Shown piece after piece: positions 36,101 through 51,100 of a DNA stretch of 64,000 nucleotides (positions are counted from its first letter, which is position 1; each line of letters starts with the position of its first letter). This stretch comes from an uncultured Gammaproteobacteria bacterium (GTDB lineage: Bacteria; Patescibacteriota; Patescibacteriia; SG8-24). The notes beneath the pieces were generated by a model. The model did no database searches. It was not told the DNA's origin and saw only the letters and a program-made list of their open reading frames with translations. The stretch lies in contig CAZBFO010000002.1 in NCBI GenBank assembly GCA_964491475.1, positions 144,501-208,500 on the forward strand. The letters run 5' to 3'. A program made the position numbers and the translations under genes.

Positions 36101-39100
36101 AGGCCGCAGCCGGAACTGCCGTCCCTCCTCCCGGGCCGCAAGCGGCGGGCCCGCCTTTGCCACCGCCGCCGCCGGCCGCGGCCGGGGTCGGAAGCGCGTC
36201 GATCATGGGTTTGCCGTCGAAAGTGAGGTCGTTGAAGCTGATGCGCTGGACAGTCTTCACCCGTATCGTATCGAGGACGGTCAAATTGGGATTGACCACC
36301 ACGAGCAGGGCGTACGAACCTAGGGCGAGCACGAGTCCGACTATGGCGTCGGTGATGCGCGTTTTGGCCTTGCTTACTCGGCTCGCGTCGCCGCCCGCCG
36401 TGAGGTACATGAATCCGCCGATCATGAAAATGACCATGGCCAAAAGGGTCGCCAAACCGACGGCGTACTTGTAGGCGCCGGTGACGTACTCGGCAATCCA
36501 CGGCACGTCGATGTATCCCGAGTCGGAATCCACCTTTATGGCGCTCAAGCTGACGTTGGGAATAGGAATGGCAAGGGGCGGCACGTTGGACTTTGGCGCG
36601 GCGGGAAGCGCATTCCCTTTCGAATCCTTGCCAGTGGCCGCCTCAATCGCCGTATTGGTCGGCACCTCCGCGCGAGCCGCCGGCGAATAAGGCAGCAGGA
36701 TGGCAAAAACGAATGCAAAAAAGGCGGCTACCGCAGCGGTAAAAATTCGGAGGCGTCGCGTGGGCATAAGCTTTGTTCTGCATAAATAATAGCACCTCCG
36801 GGGTCGTTTTGCGACCGGTCGGAGGCGCTCTGTCCCTATGGGGAAAACCGCTTTATTTGGGGCTCCTGTCGATGACCTGTTTGCCGAGTTTGGCCATTTC
36901 CGAGTCAACGTAGGACTGGAGCTGCTCGAGGCCGACGTCACCCTTTACCACGCGATCGTTGATGAACAGGTAGGGCGTGGCGTCGATGCCCAGGCGCAGG
37001 CCTTCTTCCAGGTCCCGCTTGACGACAGGAACGTCCCGCTTGTTGTCGATGCAGCTCTGGAAGCTGTCGAGATCCAACTTGAGCTGGGCGGCGAAAGTCG
37101 GGTAGTTCTTGGGGTCGAGAGCCGCCTGCTGCCTCATCAGCAGGTCGTGATACTGCCAGAAGGCTCCTTGATCGCCCGCGCAGCGGGCCGCCGCAGCCGC
37201 CGGAATCGCCTGCGCATGCAACGACCCGTTTGGCATGTCCTTCCATACGATGCGGACGTCTTTGGGGTACTCCTTGAGTATCTGCTTGAGCGAGTCCTCA
37301 ACCGAGGAGCATGGACCGCATTCGTAGTCGCCGTAGGAGAAAATCGTCACCGCAGCGCCTTTTGGTCCCAGCGTGGGGTTGCCGAAGGACAACGTCGGAT
37401 GCTTGAGCGGCACGATAACGCGGTCAGAAAGATTGGCCAGGTTCTTGTCCGGGCCGGCGTCGGGGGAAAGCGCGGCCAAACTGAACAGGAACAGCAGCAC
37501 TGCGGCGCAAAGGATGACGCTGGCGATGAACAGGTTTGATTGGCGCATACGCTTCGGTCGGGGCAGCTACAGCGAAATCTTATTGAGGACGCCGGTGCCC
37601 TTGTCGGTGAAATACAGGGTCTTCTTGTCGGGGGAGAGCATCATGGTGTCCACGGTATGGGTGCCTTCGGGGACGGCCACCTTGGTCTGGAGGCCCGTAG
37701 TCAGGCTGATCTTGTATATGGTGTCAGGGGTGCCGTCGGCGATGTCGGGCTGCAGGCCGGCGCCGCGGGGCAAGTCGTTGGGTACGCCGCAGTACATGGT
37801 GCTGTCGTCGGCAAAAGTGCACTTGTTCGCCCAAGTGTTGACGTTGAGATTGCGGCGGTTGCGGCCGATGTCGTCGCCTTGCGCGTCGACGACCCACAGT
37901 CCCGGCTTCCAGTCGTTGGCATGGCCCGAAACGCTGTAGAGCATCTGCTGACCGCTCGGCGCCCACTTGGGCTGGAATCCGAGGCCTTCCACCACCATCG
38001 ACTTGAAGTTCTGGCCGTATTGACCGAGGAGATACACTTCCTGACGGTCGACGTCCAGCGTCCTGCCCGTTGTGGCGGTGGCCAGAATGTCGTTGTTGGG
38101 CGACCAGGCTACCTGCACCTTGTCCTGATTTTCGCCGAGTTCTTGGAACGGATGGGCGCCGGAGCCGTCGGGATTGACGGTGACGAGGAAGCGGGCGTCA
38201 GGGTCGGTGCCGACGCTCTTGGCCACGATCTGCTGGCCGGACGGGCTGAAGTCGAAATCTTCCCAGTGCTTGGGGAGCGTCACCTGCCGGTTGGTGGTAA
38301 AGTCGTAGACCACGTTGGAGCCGTCCGGGTATTCGATGACGGCCTTGTCGCCCTTGGGATCGAATTTGGCGTTGCTGACGTCGTAGAAGACGTTGTTGGA
38401 AAGGGCGCTGACCGTACCGTCATTGGTGACACGATAGAATTTGCCGTCCGCGCGATTGTAGTAGTTGAGGTTGCCGTTGGCCGAAATCGACGCGCCCTCG
38501 GTCGGAGCGGCCACGACGGGCGTTACGGCAGTCAGTCCGCCATTTGCGGTGGGCGAAACGATGGGAACCTGACTCGGCGGCAGGACGGTCGGGGCGTTTA
38601 CTCCGCCGCTCGGGACCGGCGCGCCCTGCCCTGCGGTAGGCAGGCCCACGCCGCCGCCCGCGTTGACGTTCTCGTTACCGGTCGGCGTCACTTCGGCCGG
38701 CTGGAAGCCCCGGAAGAACATGTAATACAGCCCGAAGCCGATGCCGACGGATATGGCGAGGAAGCCGATGAACAGGAGGACCTTCTTGAGTTGCATATGC
38801 CGCTGGTCAGAAGAGCTTAAGGTAGTTGAAGACGTCGCGGAAACCGAGCTGCTTTGCCATGTCGAGGGCGCAGGACGGCGTGAAGGCGCACGCGAGTATC
38901 GACACGATGGTGAACAAGAACACGAGTATCATCAGCTCAATCAGCGTCGCCAGTCCCAGCTGAAAGTGCTCTCGGAGCGTCGGTTTAAAGGTGCCCTTTA
39001 CCTTCAGCATCGCGCAGACCCACCAAAATTGCAGAATGACCAGAGCGATGATGCAAGAGCCGTCAACGACGTCGAGGAGATCCGGCCACACTACTTTGTC

Positions 39101-42100
39101 AAGCAATTCTTTGATGCCGATGGCCAGGGCGTTCTCCGCAAGTTGAGAGGCGCTTGCCTGTCCCGAAAGGATGTTCTTGGCGGCATTGATACTCTGCATT
39201 TCAGAGCCGCCCGTGGCACCGCCTCCCGCGACCCCTTCCGCTCCCGGACCGGGAAAAAAACCCGGAGACCGTTGCAGCGCGAGCGCCTGCGACATCTCCA
39301 GCTCGCGCTTCCAGCGCAGCTGATCCTCCGACGTGGCGGATTGGAGCGGTTCGTTAGGCATGGGTTTTGGCGCGTGCGTTGGCTTTCTTGCGGGCAATGA
39401 CGATGGCGCCCTCCTTGGCGTCGATGTTCATGACGTCGCCGGGGTTGCAGTTCTCGGAGAGCAGTTCCTTGGCCAGCGGGTTCTCCACCAGCTCCTGAAT
39501 CTGGCGGCGGACGCCGCGGGCGCCGTACAGCGGGTTCCAGCTCTTTTCGGCGACCATCGAGACCGCGCCGTCCTCGTAGACCAGGCCGACCTGGTAGTCG
39601 TCGGCCAAGCGCTTGCCCAGCTCCGCCATCTGCAGGCGGACGATCGACTCGAGGTCCTTCTGCGACAGGGGATTGAAGATGGCCACCTTGTCGATGCGGT
39701 TGATGAACTCGGGGCGGAAGGAGCCTTCCAGCTCGCGCATGATGGCGCTGCGGGTTTCCTCGTTCTCGGCGGCCGTGAAGGAACCGTCCTGCTTGGTGGT
39801 GAAGCCCATCGGTTCGGTGCGCAGCACGTTGGAACCGACGTTCGAGGTCATCACGATGATGGAGTGCTTGAAGTTGATCTTGCGGCCGGTGGCGTCGGTG
39901 ACATGCCCGTCTTCAAGAATTTGCAGGAGCAAGTTATGGACATCGCCATGCGCCTTTTCGATCTCATCGAAAAGTACGAGAGAGTGCGGGCGGCGCTTCA
40001 CCACGTCGGTCAGCTTGGTCTCGTCGCGGTAACCGACGTAGCCGGCAGGCGCGCCGACCAGCTTGGACATGTTGAAGCCTTCGGAAAATTCCGACATGTC
40101 GATGCGTACCAGCGCGTTCGGATCATGGAATACCTGCTCGGCCAAGGTCTTGGCCATCTCGGTCTTGCCCACGCCGGAAGGACCCAGGAACAGGAACGAG
40201 GCCAGCGGGCGGTTGGGGGAGGAGATGCCGGCCTTGGCGCGGCGCACCAGTTCGGCGACGGCGTTGACCGCCTCGTCCTGGCCGACTACGCGGGAGCGCA
40301 GGGCGTCTTCCAGCTTGAGCAGGTGGGCCTTTTCTTCGGCCAGCAGGTCGGTCACCGGAATGCCGGTGGCGCGGGCCACGACTGCGGCGATCTCCTTGCG
40401 ACTGATCGAACCGATCTTCGGCTTGGCCTTGCCGCTCTCCTTGCGGCCGAGCTCCTTGAGCTCGTTTTCCAATTCTTTTTCTTTCGACTTCAGCTCCAGC
40501 GCCTCGATGAAGTTCTCGCCGGTGACCGCCTTTTGCTTCTTGCGCTTGACCTTGTCGAGTTCTTCCTCGACCGCCTTCATCCGCTTGGCATCGCTCTCGG
40601 TGGTGTTGGCCACGCGCAGCACGGCCGCGGCCTCGTCGACCAGGTCGATGGCCTTGTCGGGGAGCTGACGGTCGGTGAGGTAGCGCTCGGAAAGTTCGAC
40701 CGCGGCATCGATGGCCTCGTCGGTGATGGTGACGCCGTGGTAGGTCTCGTAGCTGTCGCGCAGGCCGCGCAGGATGTGCTTGGCCACTTCGGGGCTGGGC
40801 TGTTCGACCGTCACCGGCTGGAAGCGGCGCTCCAGCGCGCCGTCGGCCTCGATGTGCTTCTTGTATTCGGCCAGGGTGGTGGCGCCGATGCAGCGCAGGT
40901 CGCCGCGGGCCAGCGCCGGCTTAAGCAGGTTGGCGGCGTCCACCGAACCGTTGGTGGAACCGGCGCCCATGATGTTGTGCAGCTCGTCGATGAACAGGAT
41001 GATGTCGCTGTTGGACTTGAGCTCGTCCACGATCTGCTTGACGCGGCCTTCGAACTCGCCGCGGTAGATCGTGCCGGCCAACATGAGTCCGAGGTCCAGC
41101 GAGAAGATGCGCTTGTCCTGCAGCACTTCAGGCACGTCGCCATCGACAATTTTTTTCGCCAGACCTTCCACGATGGCCGTCTTGCCCACGCCCGGCTCTC
41201 CCAGCAGCACCGGATTGTTCTTGCGGCGCTGCGAAAGGATCTGGATGGTGCGCTCGATTTCCTTTTCGCGCCCGATGACCGGATCGATGCCTTCCTGCAG
41301 CTTGGGGTTGGTGAGCTCGGTCGCGAAGAAGTCCAGCGCCGGCGTCTTGGCGTTGGCGGCCTTCTTGGCGGCCTTCTTTTCGGCGACCGCTTTTTTGTCG
41401 GCTTTCTCTTCGGACTTCTTGGGGGCCTTGCCCTCGTCGAAAGTTTCGGTGATCTCCGGGAACTTCGAAGTGCTCTTCAGCACCGTGTCCACCTGGCTGC
41501 GCAGCTCGCGGATGTCGATGTCCTGCTCGGTGAAGGCGGCGTCGATGGCCGGGGAGTCGATCTGCAGCAGCCCGGAGAGCAGATGCTCGGTGCCCACGTA
41601 CTTGTGCTCGTTGGTGTTGGCGGTCAGCACGGCTTTCTCGACGGCGCGCTTGGCGTCGTCGGAAAGGTGAGGGGCGCCGTCAGCCACGGCATTGTCGCGC
41701 TTGGCCAATTCGTCGGCAAGATGCAGCACGCGGCGAACCTCCTCGGCGCTCACGTTGGCCTTGCGCAAAATCTCGCCGCCGATGCTGCCCTTCTGCTGCA
41801 AGAGCGACAAAAGCAGGTGCTCCGGATTGATTGCCGGAGACTGCATTTCGGTGGCGAGCTTGTAGGCGTTTGCCAGCACGTTCTTCAGGTGGGATGTGAA
41901 CTTGTCGAGAATGTCTTGCATGGGGACTGGGCTCGTGAATAAGAGGCTGCACGATGCCGAAATTATAGCATTTTTACCGTCATTTTGGAGGAATGAAGCG
42001 GGCTTTTATCCACACGTCGACCGCAGGCGAGAACGCCGCCGAAGCGGACAGCAAAAAACCCGCGTTGGCTGCGCGGGTTTTTGTGATTTGGCTCGATTTT

Positions 42101-45100
42101 TAATGGCTTTTGCCCAGCTTTAGGCGCGAGGACCGGCCATCTTTTCCAGTTCGGCGATGCGCTTTTCGATCGGCGGATGCGTCGAGAACAGCGCGGCGAA
42201 CGCCTTGCCGTTAAACGGGTTGGCCAGGAACAGGTGGGCGGTGGAGGCGTTGGCGTGAGCCATCGGCAGGTTCTCGGCTTGGATTTTCCGCAACGCGTTG
42301 GCCAGGCCTTCGGGGTAGCGGGTCATCAGCGCGCCGGAGGCGTCGGCAAGATATTCGCGGCGGCGCGAGACGGCCAGCTTGATGAGCTGCGCCACGATGG
42401 GCGAGACGATCAGCAGCACCAAACCGATGAGCATGAACACTCCGGCAGCGTTGCCTCCGCGATCATTGCCGCGCCGTCCGCCGAACCGCCCCATTCGGAA
42501 GAACAAGTTGGCCATCACCGAGATGACGCCGACCAGCACGATAACGACCGTCATCACGCGGATGTCGTAGTTCTGGATGTGCGACAGCTCGTGCGCCAGC
42601 ACGCCTTCCAGTTCCTCGTTGGTGAGCTTGGACAATGCGCCGCTGGTCACGGAGATCGAGGCGTGCTGCGGATCGCGGCCGGTGGCGAAGGCGTTGATGG
42701 CCGGATCGTTCATCACGAACACCTTCGGTTTGGGCATGCCTTGCGAGATGCACAGGTTGTCGACCATGCGCACCAGGTAGGGATTCTCCTGTTCGGACAC
42801 TTGCTGCGCGCCGGACATCGCCAGCGCGATCTTGTCGCCGGTGTAATAGCTGATCAGCGCCGAGACGGTCGAGTAGATGATGGCGATGGTCAGGAAGGCG
42901 CCGCCGGTGTCGTAGGCCTGGTCGATGGCCCAGCCCAGGAGCAGCACCAATGCCGAAAAGACCGCGATGAGGATCACGGTCTTCCGCTTGTTGGCGGCGA
43001 TGAAATCGTAGGTAGTCATCGGGGGAGTTTAGAGATGAAAGTGAAAAGTTTAGAGTGTGCCGTTTTCCGTTCTTTAAACTTTATAACTTTACACTTTCGA
43101 CTCTTCTAGAACTTCACCTGCACGGCGGCGCGCTCGCCTTCGGCGGCCTCGAAGAAGTCGTACTTCTTGAAGGACATGCGTGCCGCGATGATGTTGTTGG
43201 GGAAGACCTGGATCTTGGTGTTGAAGTCGCGGACGTTGGCGTTGTAGAAGCGGCGAGCGGCCTGGATCTTGTCTTCGGCGTCCTTCAGGTCGTCCTGCAG
43301 CTGCATGAAGTTCTGCGAGGCCTTCAGTTCCGGATACGCCTCGGCCACCGCGAAGATGGACTTGAGCGTCTGCGAGAGCTGGTTCTCGGCGACGGCCTTG
43401 TCGCCGACGGACTGCGCGCCCATGGCGGCCGCGCGAGCCTGCACGACCTTCTCGAAGGTTTCGGACTCGTGCTTGGCGTAGCCCTTCACCGTCTCGACCA
43501 GGTTGGGGATGAGGTCGTAGCGGCGCTTGAGCTGCACGTCGATGTCGGACCAGGCTTCGTCGGTGCGGTTGCGCAGCGTGATCAGGCCATTGTAGACGCC
43601 GATGAGCCACAGGACCACGACGACGAGCACGACTCCCAGAAGGAGTACGAACGTATTGAGCGAACCCATAGTTGAGATGTTGCGGTTGGTGAAATTAGTG
43701 ACTATTATGCGTATTATACTTGAAATTCGCGATAAATGAAAGGGTAGCAGGTTCCCTATGTCCATCAACCCCAAAGTCTTCAAAGCTTACGACATCCGCG
43801 CCTTGTCTCCGCAGGAACTCGACGCCGACTTTGCCTACAAATTAGGCCAAGCTTTCGTAAAATTCACCAATGCCAAGACGGTGGTGGTCGGCCGCGACAT
43901 GCGCGAAACCACCCCGATGCTGTTCGACGGTTTGGCCAAGGGAATTCTTTCGCAGGGCGCCGACGTCATCGACATCGGCCTGGTCACCACCCCCATGTTC
44001 TACTACGCCGTGGGCGACTACGACCTGCACGACGCCGGCATCATGATCACCGCCTCGCACAACCCCAGCGAGTACAACGGTTTCAAGATGGTCTTCGGCG
44101 ACGTCATGCCCATCGGCGCCGAGACCGGCATGTGGGACATCCGCGACCTGGTGCTGGCCGGTCCGTATCCCACGCAGCCCGAAGGCACCATAGTGAGCAC
44201 CAGCATCCAGGAAGCGTACGTGCAGAAGCTGCTGTCGCTCGTCGACGTCGAGCATCTGCGCTCGATGAAGGTGGTGGTCGACACCGCCAACGGCATGGAA
44301 GGCGTGGTCATCGCCGACATCCTCGACCAAATCAAGGGCGTCACCTGGGAAGGCATGTACTTGGAACCCGACGGCAGGTTCCCGAACCACGAGGCCAACC
44401 CGCTCAAGGAAGAAACGCTAGACGCGCTCAAGGAACGCGTGGTCTCCACCGGCGCCGACATCGGCGTGGCCTACGACGGCGACGCCGACCGCGTCGGCCT
44501 GGTTGACGAGAAGGGCGAGACCGTCCGCGGCGACATGATCCTGGCGCTGCTCGCGCCCGTCCTGCTCAAGAAGCACCCCGGCGAGAAAGTGCTCTACACC
44601 GTCAACTGCAGCATGATGGTGCCCGAGGAAATCTCTGCCGCCGGCGGCAAGCCCGTGTTCACGCGCGTGGGCCACGGCCTGCTCAAGCCCCACATGCGCA
44701 AGGAAAACGCGCTGTTCGCCGGCGAACTGTCCTGCCATTTCTTTTTCCGCGAACTCCACAACGCCGAGTGCGCCGACTTGGTGATGCTTTCGGTTTTCGC
44801 GCTGATGACGCGAACCGGCAAGACTTTGTCAGAATTGGTTGCGCCGCTCAAGCGCTACTTCCACTCTGGTGAAATCAACTCCACCGTTGAGGATAAGGAT
44901 GCGGTGCTCGCCGCGCTCGAAGCCAAGTACGCGCCGCTGGCGACGACAGTGAACAAGATCGACGGCATCCGCATGGACTTTCACGATGAAGCCGATTCGA
45001 TGGGGGACTGGTGGTGGAATGTGCGGGCTTCGAATACGGAGCCTTTGTTGCGGTTGAACCTTGAAGCGAAGACGAAGGAGAAGATGGAGCGGATGCGGGA

Positions 45101-48100
45101 GGAGATTTTGGGGGTTATTCGCGGGTAGATCAAATCAAGTCTGTGGCGCAATGTTGAGATGAGAAATCGGGCTTACGGAGAGCCTGATTTTTTATGCATT
45201 GACGGCATTTTCGAAAGTGTTAAAACACGCGCCGCGCCAATAATTTTCATGGGTTTTTACAAATGCATACGTCAAAAAGAAACTTCGCCTTTATCGACGC
45301 GCAAAATCTGCATTTGGGCGTCAAAGACCAAGGGTGGACCATCGACTATCGTAGGTTTCGACGGTATCTCAAGGAGAAATACGGCGTTACGGAAGCGTTC
45401 TTGTTCATCGGTTACCGTGCGGGCAATGAGCGCCTCTACGAATTTCTGCAGCGCGCAGGGTATTTGTGCGTGTTCAAGCCGACCCTGGAACTGCCCAACG
45501 GTGAAGTGAAGGGAAACGTCGATGCGGAACTGGTGCTGCACTCAATGATCGAATATCAGCACTATGAGAAAGCGGTCATCGTGACGGGAGACGGCGACTT
45601 CCGATGCCTGATTGCCTACTTGCTCGAACAGGACAAGTTGGAGAAAACGATTATCCCGAACGCAAAGAAATATTCCGCCCTGCTCAAGTCGTTGAGCGCC
45701 CCGGACCGAAACATCTTCGCATTCATGAACGGTTTGCGGGAAAAACTTGGTCGAGATCCGGCGCGGACGAAGACGAACGAAGACAAAAAAGAAAAGGGCT
45801 CCTCTCGGGACAAAACCCTTCAGGAACCCCTTTCGTCGTGATGTCGGCATAATAGCATGACCGGACGCACAGGTCAATGCGCAGCGATGAAGTCGGCATG
45901 TGGACATTGTTTACGTAAAAAACTACTCTTAGGTCACCGCCCTTATTTTTGTCGTGAAATCCGCGCGGTGAATAGTCGGTTGTATGGCTTTACTGAAAAT
46001 CAATTTTAAAGTCGAAGTAAACAGGTGGACGAATTTTTATTTTTTCCTGCAGAACCTGTCCGAATGGAATGATCATTTTCGCAAAGAATATAATGAAACA
46101 TGGATACGGGAATTGGAAATTCCCGCGACTCTCCTCGCGGAACTCAAGATGTTCGCACGGATTCACCGTCGGTACGCCAGGCCTGCGCGACACTTGGCCC
46201 GACCGTTCCTCAACGGCAAAAATCCCTTTATCGCATTGCGAAGAATGGTCACGCAAAAGGAGTGCCATGAGGTCAATCTCGCATTTCGGAAATTCGCGCC
46301 ATTTTTTGATCGGCTATGGAAAGTTGAAGAGGTTCGGTTGCGCAACTGGAGCCGTCGTCTGACTTCAGGTCTGACGCAAAGCAGGAAGAGGTCGGTTTTT
46401 GAGTCAACGTTGTCGAAATTGTACGCGCCAAAGGCGTCGTCGGCGAAAATTCTGGTCACTCTCGTTTGTTCCGCGGGCAATACGCTCGGAGGTCAGGTGC
46501 AAGACGTCGGTGACGGAAAAAAACGCGTCATCGTTGAGATCTCTCGCGCCGGTGATGACCGAGCAAACTTTGCGGAAGGCATAGTCTGGCACGAAACCAT
46601 TCACGCGGCATTTGATGGGGCGACGCTCAAACCTGCGCTCAAGAAAATGAAAATGGAAAGAATGTCTATCCATGAAATTGCTGCCGGTCTTTTGTTTCCT
46701 CGCGGCGTTTTGGGTCAGGAATATTTGGGGATTTCACCTCCCAAAAACGGATTTATCAGGTCCTATCCGCAGGCGAATGAAGAACTGCTCGCGCTGATGC
46801 GTGACCGCGTATCCTCGGAGAGGGTGCTTGACCGTACCTTTGTCGAAGAGGTCGTTCGCTTGTACAAAAAAGCCCCCTGAGTACAGGGGGCAGGAGTTTG
46901 CGGGAGTCAGACCCGTTCGGGTCCTTCTTCACGCCAGGCGCCGGAGTTCTCGTAGTCGTCCCAGTCTTCCCAATTGCGCCAGCCGTCGGCGTGGCGGGTT
47001 TCCTGAGAGTTCGAGAGCTCGAGCTCTTCGTGTGTCGGGTTTCGCGTTGCGAGCCTGGCGAGGGCGGCTGAAACCGCCTTACTGCCTGGCTGCGAACGTG
47101 CTGTCTGCGCCGTTTCCATGGGTTCCTTCTTCCTGCTGTTGTGTCATTTGCGCCACCTTTTCCTTCAGGTGCGCAAATATCTGCTTCCGCGTTTCGCAGA
47201 AGTAGAACTTTCCGGAGAGACCGCCCTTGCGGTGATGCGAGCAGCCGTTGTGGCACGCTTTTTGCCACTCGCATTGCGCGCAGTCGGGATGCAGCTGGTT
47301 GACCGCATCGGCGAACTCCATCCTTTTCTGGCCATTGAGCACTTCGGCAAGCGTTTGATCGCCGATGTCGCCGTAAAGCAGCTCGCTGCGGTTCGAGAGT
47401 CGATCGCACGGATACACCCTGCCATCGTACTCCACCGTGAAGTACGAAGAACAGGTGCCGTTGAACGCGCAGTTGCTTGCGCATCGACCGGAGATGCCGG
47501 CGAGGAAGTTCTCGATGTCGCGCACGCGCAAGTCTGCTCGATCGGCGGAGAGCCAGAGGTCGACATACTTCTTCATGTACGCGGTAAGCTCCGCGTTCCC
47601 CAGCGTCTGGTTGAGCATCCGCTTGTTGAGGTTGATGACGTCGAGATAGTCGTTGAGACCCCATGACTTCGCCTTCAGACCGTCGGCGAAAAAGGCAAAG
47701 TCTTGTTCGACGCTTTCGAGACTTGATGCGGTCACCGTATGGATGAAGCCGGGTTCGACACCGAACTCGCGGAGCTTCGCGATGCCGCGCATGACCAAGT
47801 CAAACGAGCCTTGTCCTCCGCAACGCGTGCGGAACCGGTCGTGGCTGATCTTGTCGCCATCTATACTCACCCCGACGCCGAACTTGTTGTTCGAGAAAAA
47901 CCGCGCCCACTCGTCAGTGACAAGCGTTGCGTTCGTCTGGACCACGTTGCTGATGCGGTGGTCGGCGCTGCGGTGTTTGCTTTGGAACTCGACGATTTTT
48001 TCGAAAAACCGCAGTCCGGCGAGCAGCGGCTCTCCTCCGTGCCAGATGAACTGCACGTTGCCATCGAACAGCTCAAGGTATTGTCTGACGAAGCTTTCGA

Positions 48101-51100
48101 GCATCTCTTCCGACATGACGTGGGGAGTCTGCTGGTCGAGCGTGTTGTAGAAGCAGTAAGCGCAACGCAAGTTGCAGAAATCGCCAACCACCTTGATGAT
48201 GGGCGTCATCGTCCTTTTCGGGGACGTCTGGATGACCGACAGTTTTCTCATCGCTTTTTCCCTTTTTGAAGGTCCTTTTTCGTCAGGGTCTGCCGAGCGC
48301 GGCATCTCTGACGAACACGGCACGGTAACAATTTTTTCCGCATTTGTCAACGCCTGTCAGTGGCAGGGAAGGCATTCTAGGGCGGCACGGCATGGGTAGA
48401 CAATCCCCCCGCAAAACCCTACCCTTACAGGACTATGCTCGCCCTCTTCGACTCCGGCCTCGGCGGCCTCACCGTCGTTCGTGAGATGTTCCGCCAGCTT
48501 CCGGGATACGACACCATCTACTTCGGCGATACGGCTCGCGTGCCGTATGGCTCCAAGAGTCCCGAAGTCATTCGGCGTTTTGCTGCGCAGAACACCGACT
48601 TTTTGCTGTCCAAGGGGGCGAAGGCGGTGGTGATCGCCTGCAACACGGTTTCTGCTTTGGCGGCGGACGTGGTGCGTAAGCATGCCAAGGGCGTGCCGGT
48701 GTTCGAGGTGGTCTCTCCGGCGGTCGCCAAGGCGGCAGAGGTGACCAAGGGGCGCGTGGGGGTCATCGGCACCCGCGGCACGGTGGCCAGCGGCGTGTAT
48801 ACCGAAAAAATGGCCAAGATTGCGCCAAAGGTGAAGGTGTTCGGGCAGCCGGCGCCGTTGTTCGTGCCGCTGGTCGAGGAGGGGTGGGCCGGAAGCAAAG
48901 AGGCGGCTTCGATTGCCAACGAGTACCTTCGTCCGTTACGATTACGACGCATCGATACCTTGATTCTGGGCTGCACGCACTACCCGTTCCTCAAGCAGTG
49001 CATCGCCAAGTCCGCACCGGGGGTACGGCTGGTGGATCCCGCACAGCAGACCGTCGCCGCGGTCGCGCGGTACTTGGAGGCCAATCCTTCTTTCCGCAAG
49101 AGCCTTTCCAAGAAGAACAGGCATCTCTTTTACGCCAGTGACACCAGCGCGCATTCGCAGGACATCGCCTCGCGCTGGCTCGGTCGCCGCATCGTACTCA
49201 ACAAAGTCACACTCGAATGATTCTCACGATCGTCATTTTCGTAGCCGTCCTGTCGCTGCTGGTTTTCGTGCACGAGTTCGGGCACTTCATCACGGCCAAG
49301 AAGGCGGGCATTCGCGTGGACGAGTTCGGTTTCGGATTTCCGCCGCGCGCCTTCGGCATCAAGCGCGGGCAGACCATCTACTCGATTAACTGGATTCCGC
49401 TGGGAGGCTTCGTGCGCATCAAGGGCGAGGCAGGAGAGCATCGCGGCGACAAGGACAGCTTCGCCAACAAGAGCGGCTGGATCCGCTTGCTGGTGCTGAC
49501 GGCAGGCGTGGTCATGAACGTTTTGCTGGCCTGGTTCCTGTTCTCTTTCGGCTACGTGGTCGGCATGCCGCAGGTGGTCGAGGACTTGCCGCAGTTCGCG
49601 CACGTCACCGACGACCAGACGCAGGTGATGGACGTGCTCAAGGATTCTCCGGCGGAGAAGGCCGGCTTCAAGCCCGGCGATATCCTCGTGTCGGTCGACG
49701 GTCGGCCGGTCGCGGGCGCGGACAGCGTGCGCGAGTATACCCGCACGCGCGAGAACCAGCCGATTACCGTCGTCTTCAAGCAGGACAACCAGACCATGAC
49801 GCGCAGCGTGACGCCGGTCCGCATTGGCGAGGCGCAGCAGGCGGCCATGGGTTTGGCGCTGGTGCGTACCGGCATGGTGTCGTATCCGTTCTGGTACGCG
49901 CCGGTGCAGGGCGCGGTCGCCACCTGGGTGATGGGCCGCGAGATCGTCTTCTCCTTCGGCGCGCTTTTCCGCGACCTGTTCACGGGGCACGGCGTCAACG
50001 TCGACCTCTCCGGACCGATTGGTATCGCCGTCATCACCTCGCAAGTCGCGGCGCGCGGTTTCCGTCACCTGATTCAGTTCACTGCGTTGCTCTCTTTGAA
50101 CCTGGCCATCATCAACATCCTGCCATTCCCGGCGCTCGACGGCGGGCGCGTGCTGTTTTTGGCCATCGAGAAGGCGCGTGGCCGGGCGGTCAGCCGCAAC
50201 GTCGAGATCGTCGCCCACAACCTCGGCTTCGCGCTGCTGATGATCCTGGTGCTGTTCGTGACCATCGGCGATTTCCGCAAGTTCGGCGGGGGAATGATGC
50301 AGGGGCTTTCCCGTTTCTTCACCGGAGGGTAGTATTTTTTGCGTACACCGAATGCGGATTTTATGAAGGACCAGCTCCAAAATTTGGCTAATACATTGAA
50401 GCAACAGATTGCCTCTCTCAAAGACTTGGCGGCACTGGAGGCTTTTTCGGTTGAGAAGCTGGGCCGCAAGAGCGAGTTCAACAACCTTTTGAAGGGTCTC
50501 GGCGCGCTGCCTGCAGAGGAACGCGCGGCGGTCGGCAGCCTGGCCAACACGCTCAAGCAGGAGGTGCAGGCCGCTTTCGATGCCAAGAAGTCCGAACTGG
50601 AATCCGCCTCCGCCGGCGCCATCGCCGAGACGGAGTGGATTGACGTGACCGTCCCGGGCACGCGCCCGCAGAAAGGGCATCTCCACCTGACGACGCAGGC
50701 CATTCAGGAAGTCACCGACATCTTCCGCCGCATCGGCTTCACTCGCGTGCGCCACCCCGAAGTGGAGTGGGACTGGTACGCCTTCGAGGCGCTCAACATG
50801 CCGCCCGACCATCCTGCCCGCGACGAATGGGAAACGTTTTTCGTCGACGCGCCCGTGTCAGAGAAGAACGGCAAGATGGTGCTGACGCCGCACACCTCCT
50901 CCGGCCAGATACGCGAGATGCAGAAGAAGCACCTGCCCATCCGCATGATCAACATCGGGAAATGTTATCGCCGCCAAATCGACGTCTCGCACGTCCCGAT
51001 GTTCCACCAGTTCGAGGGGCTTCTCATCGACAAGAACGTTTCGGTCACGCACCTCAAGGGCGTGCTCGACTATTTCGCCAAATCGTTTTTCGGTCCGGAC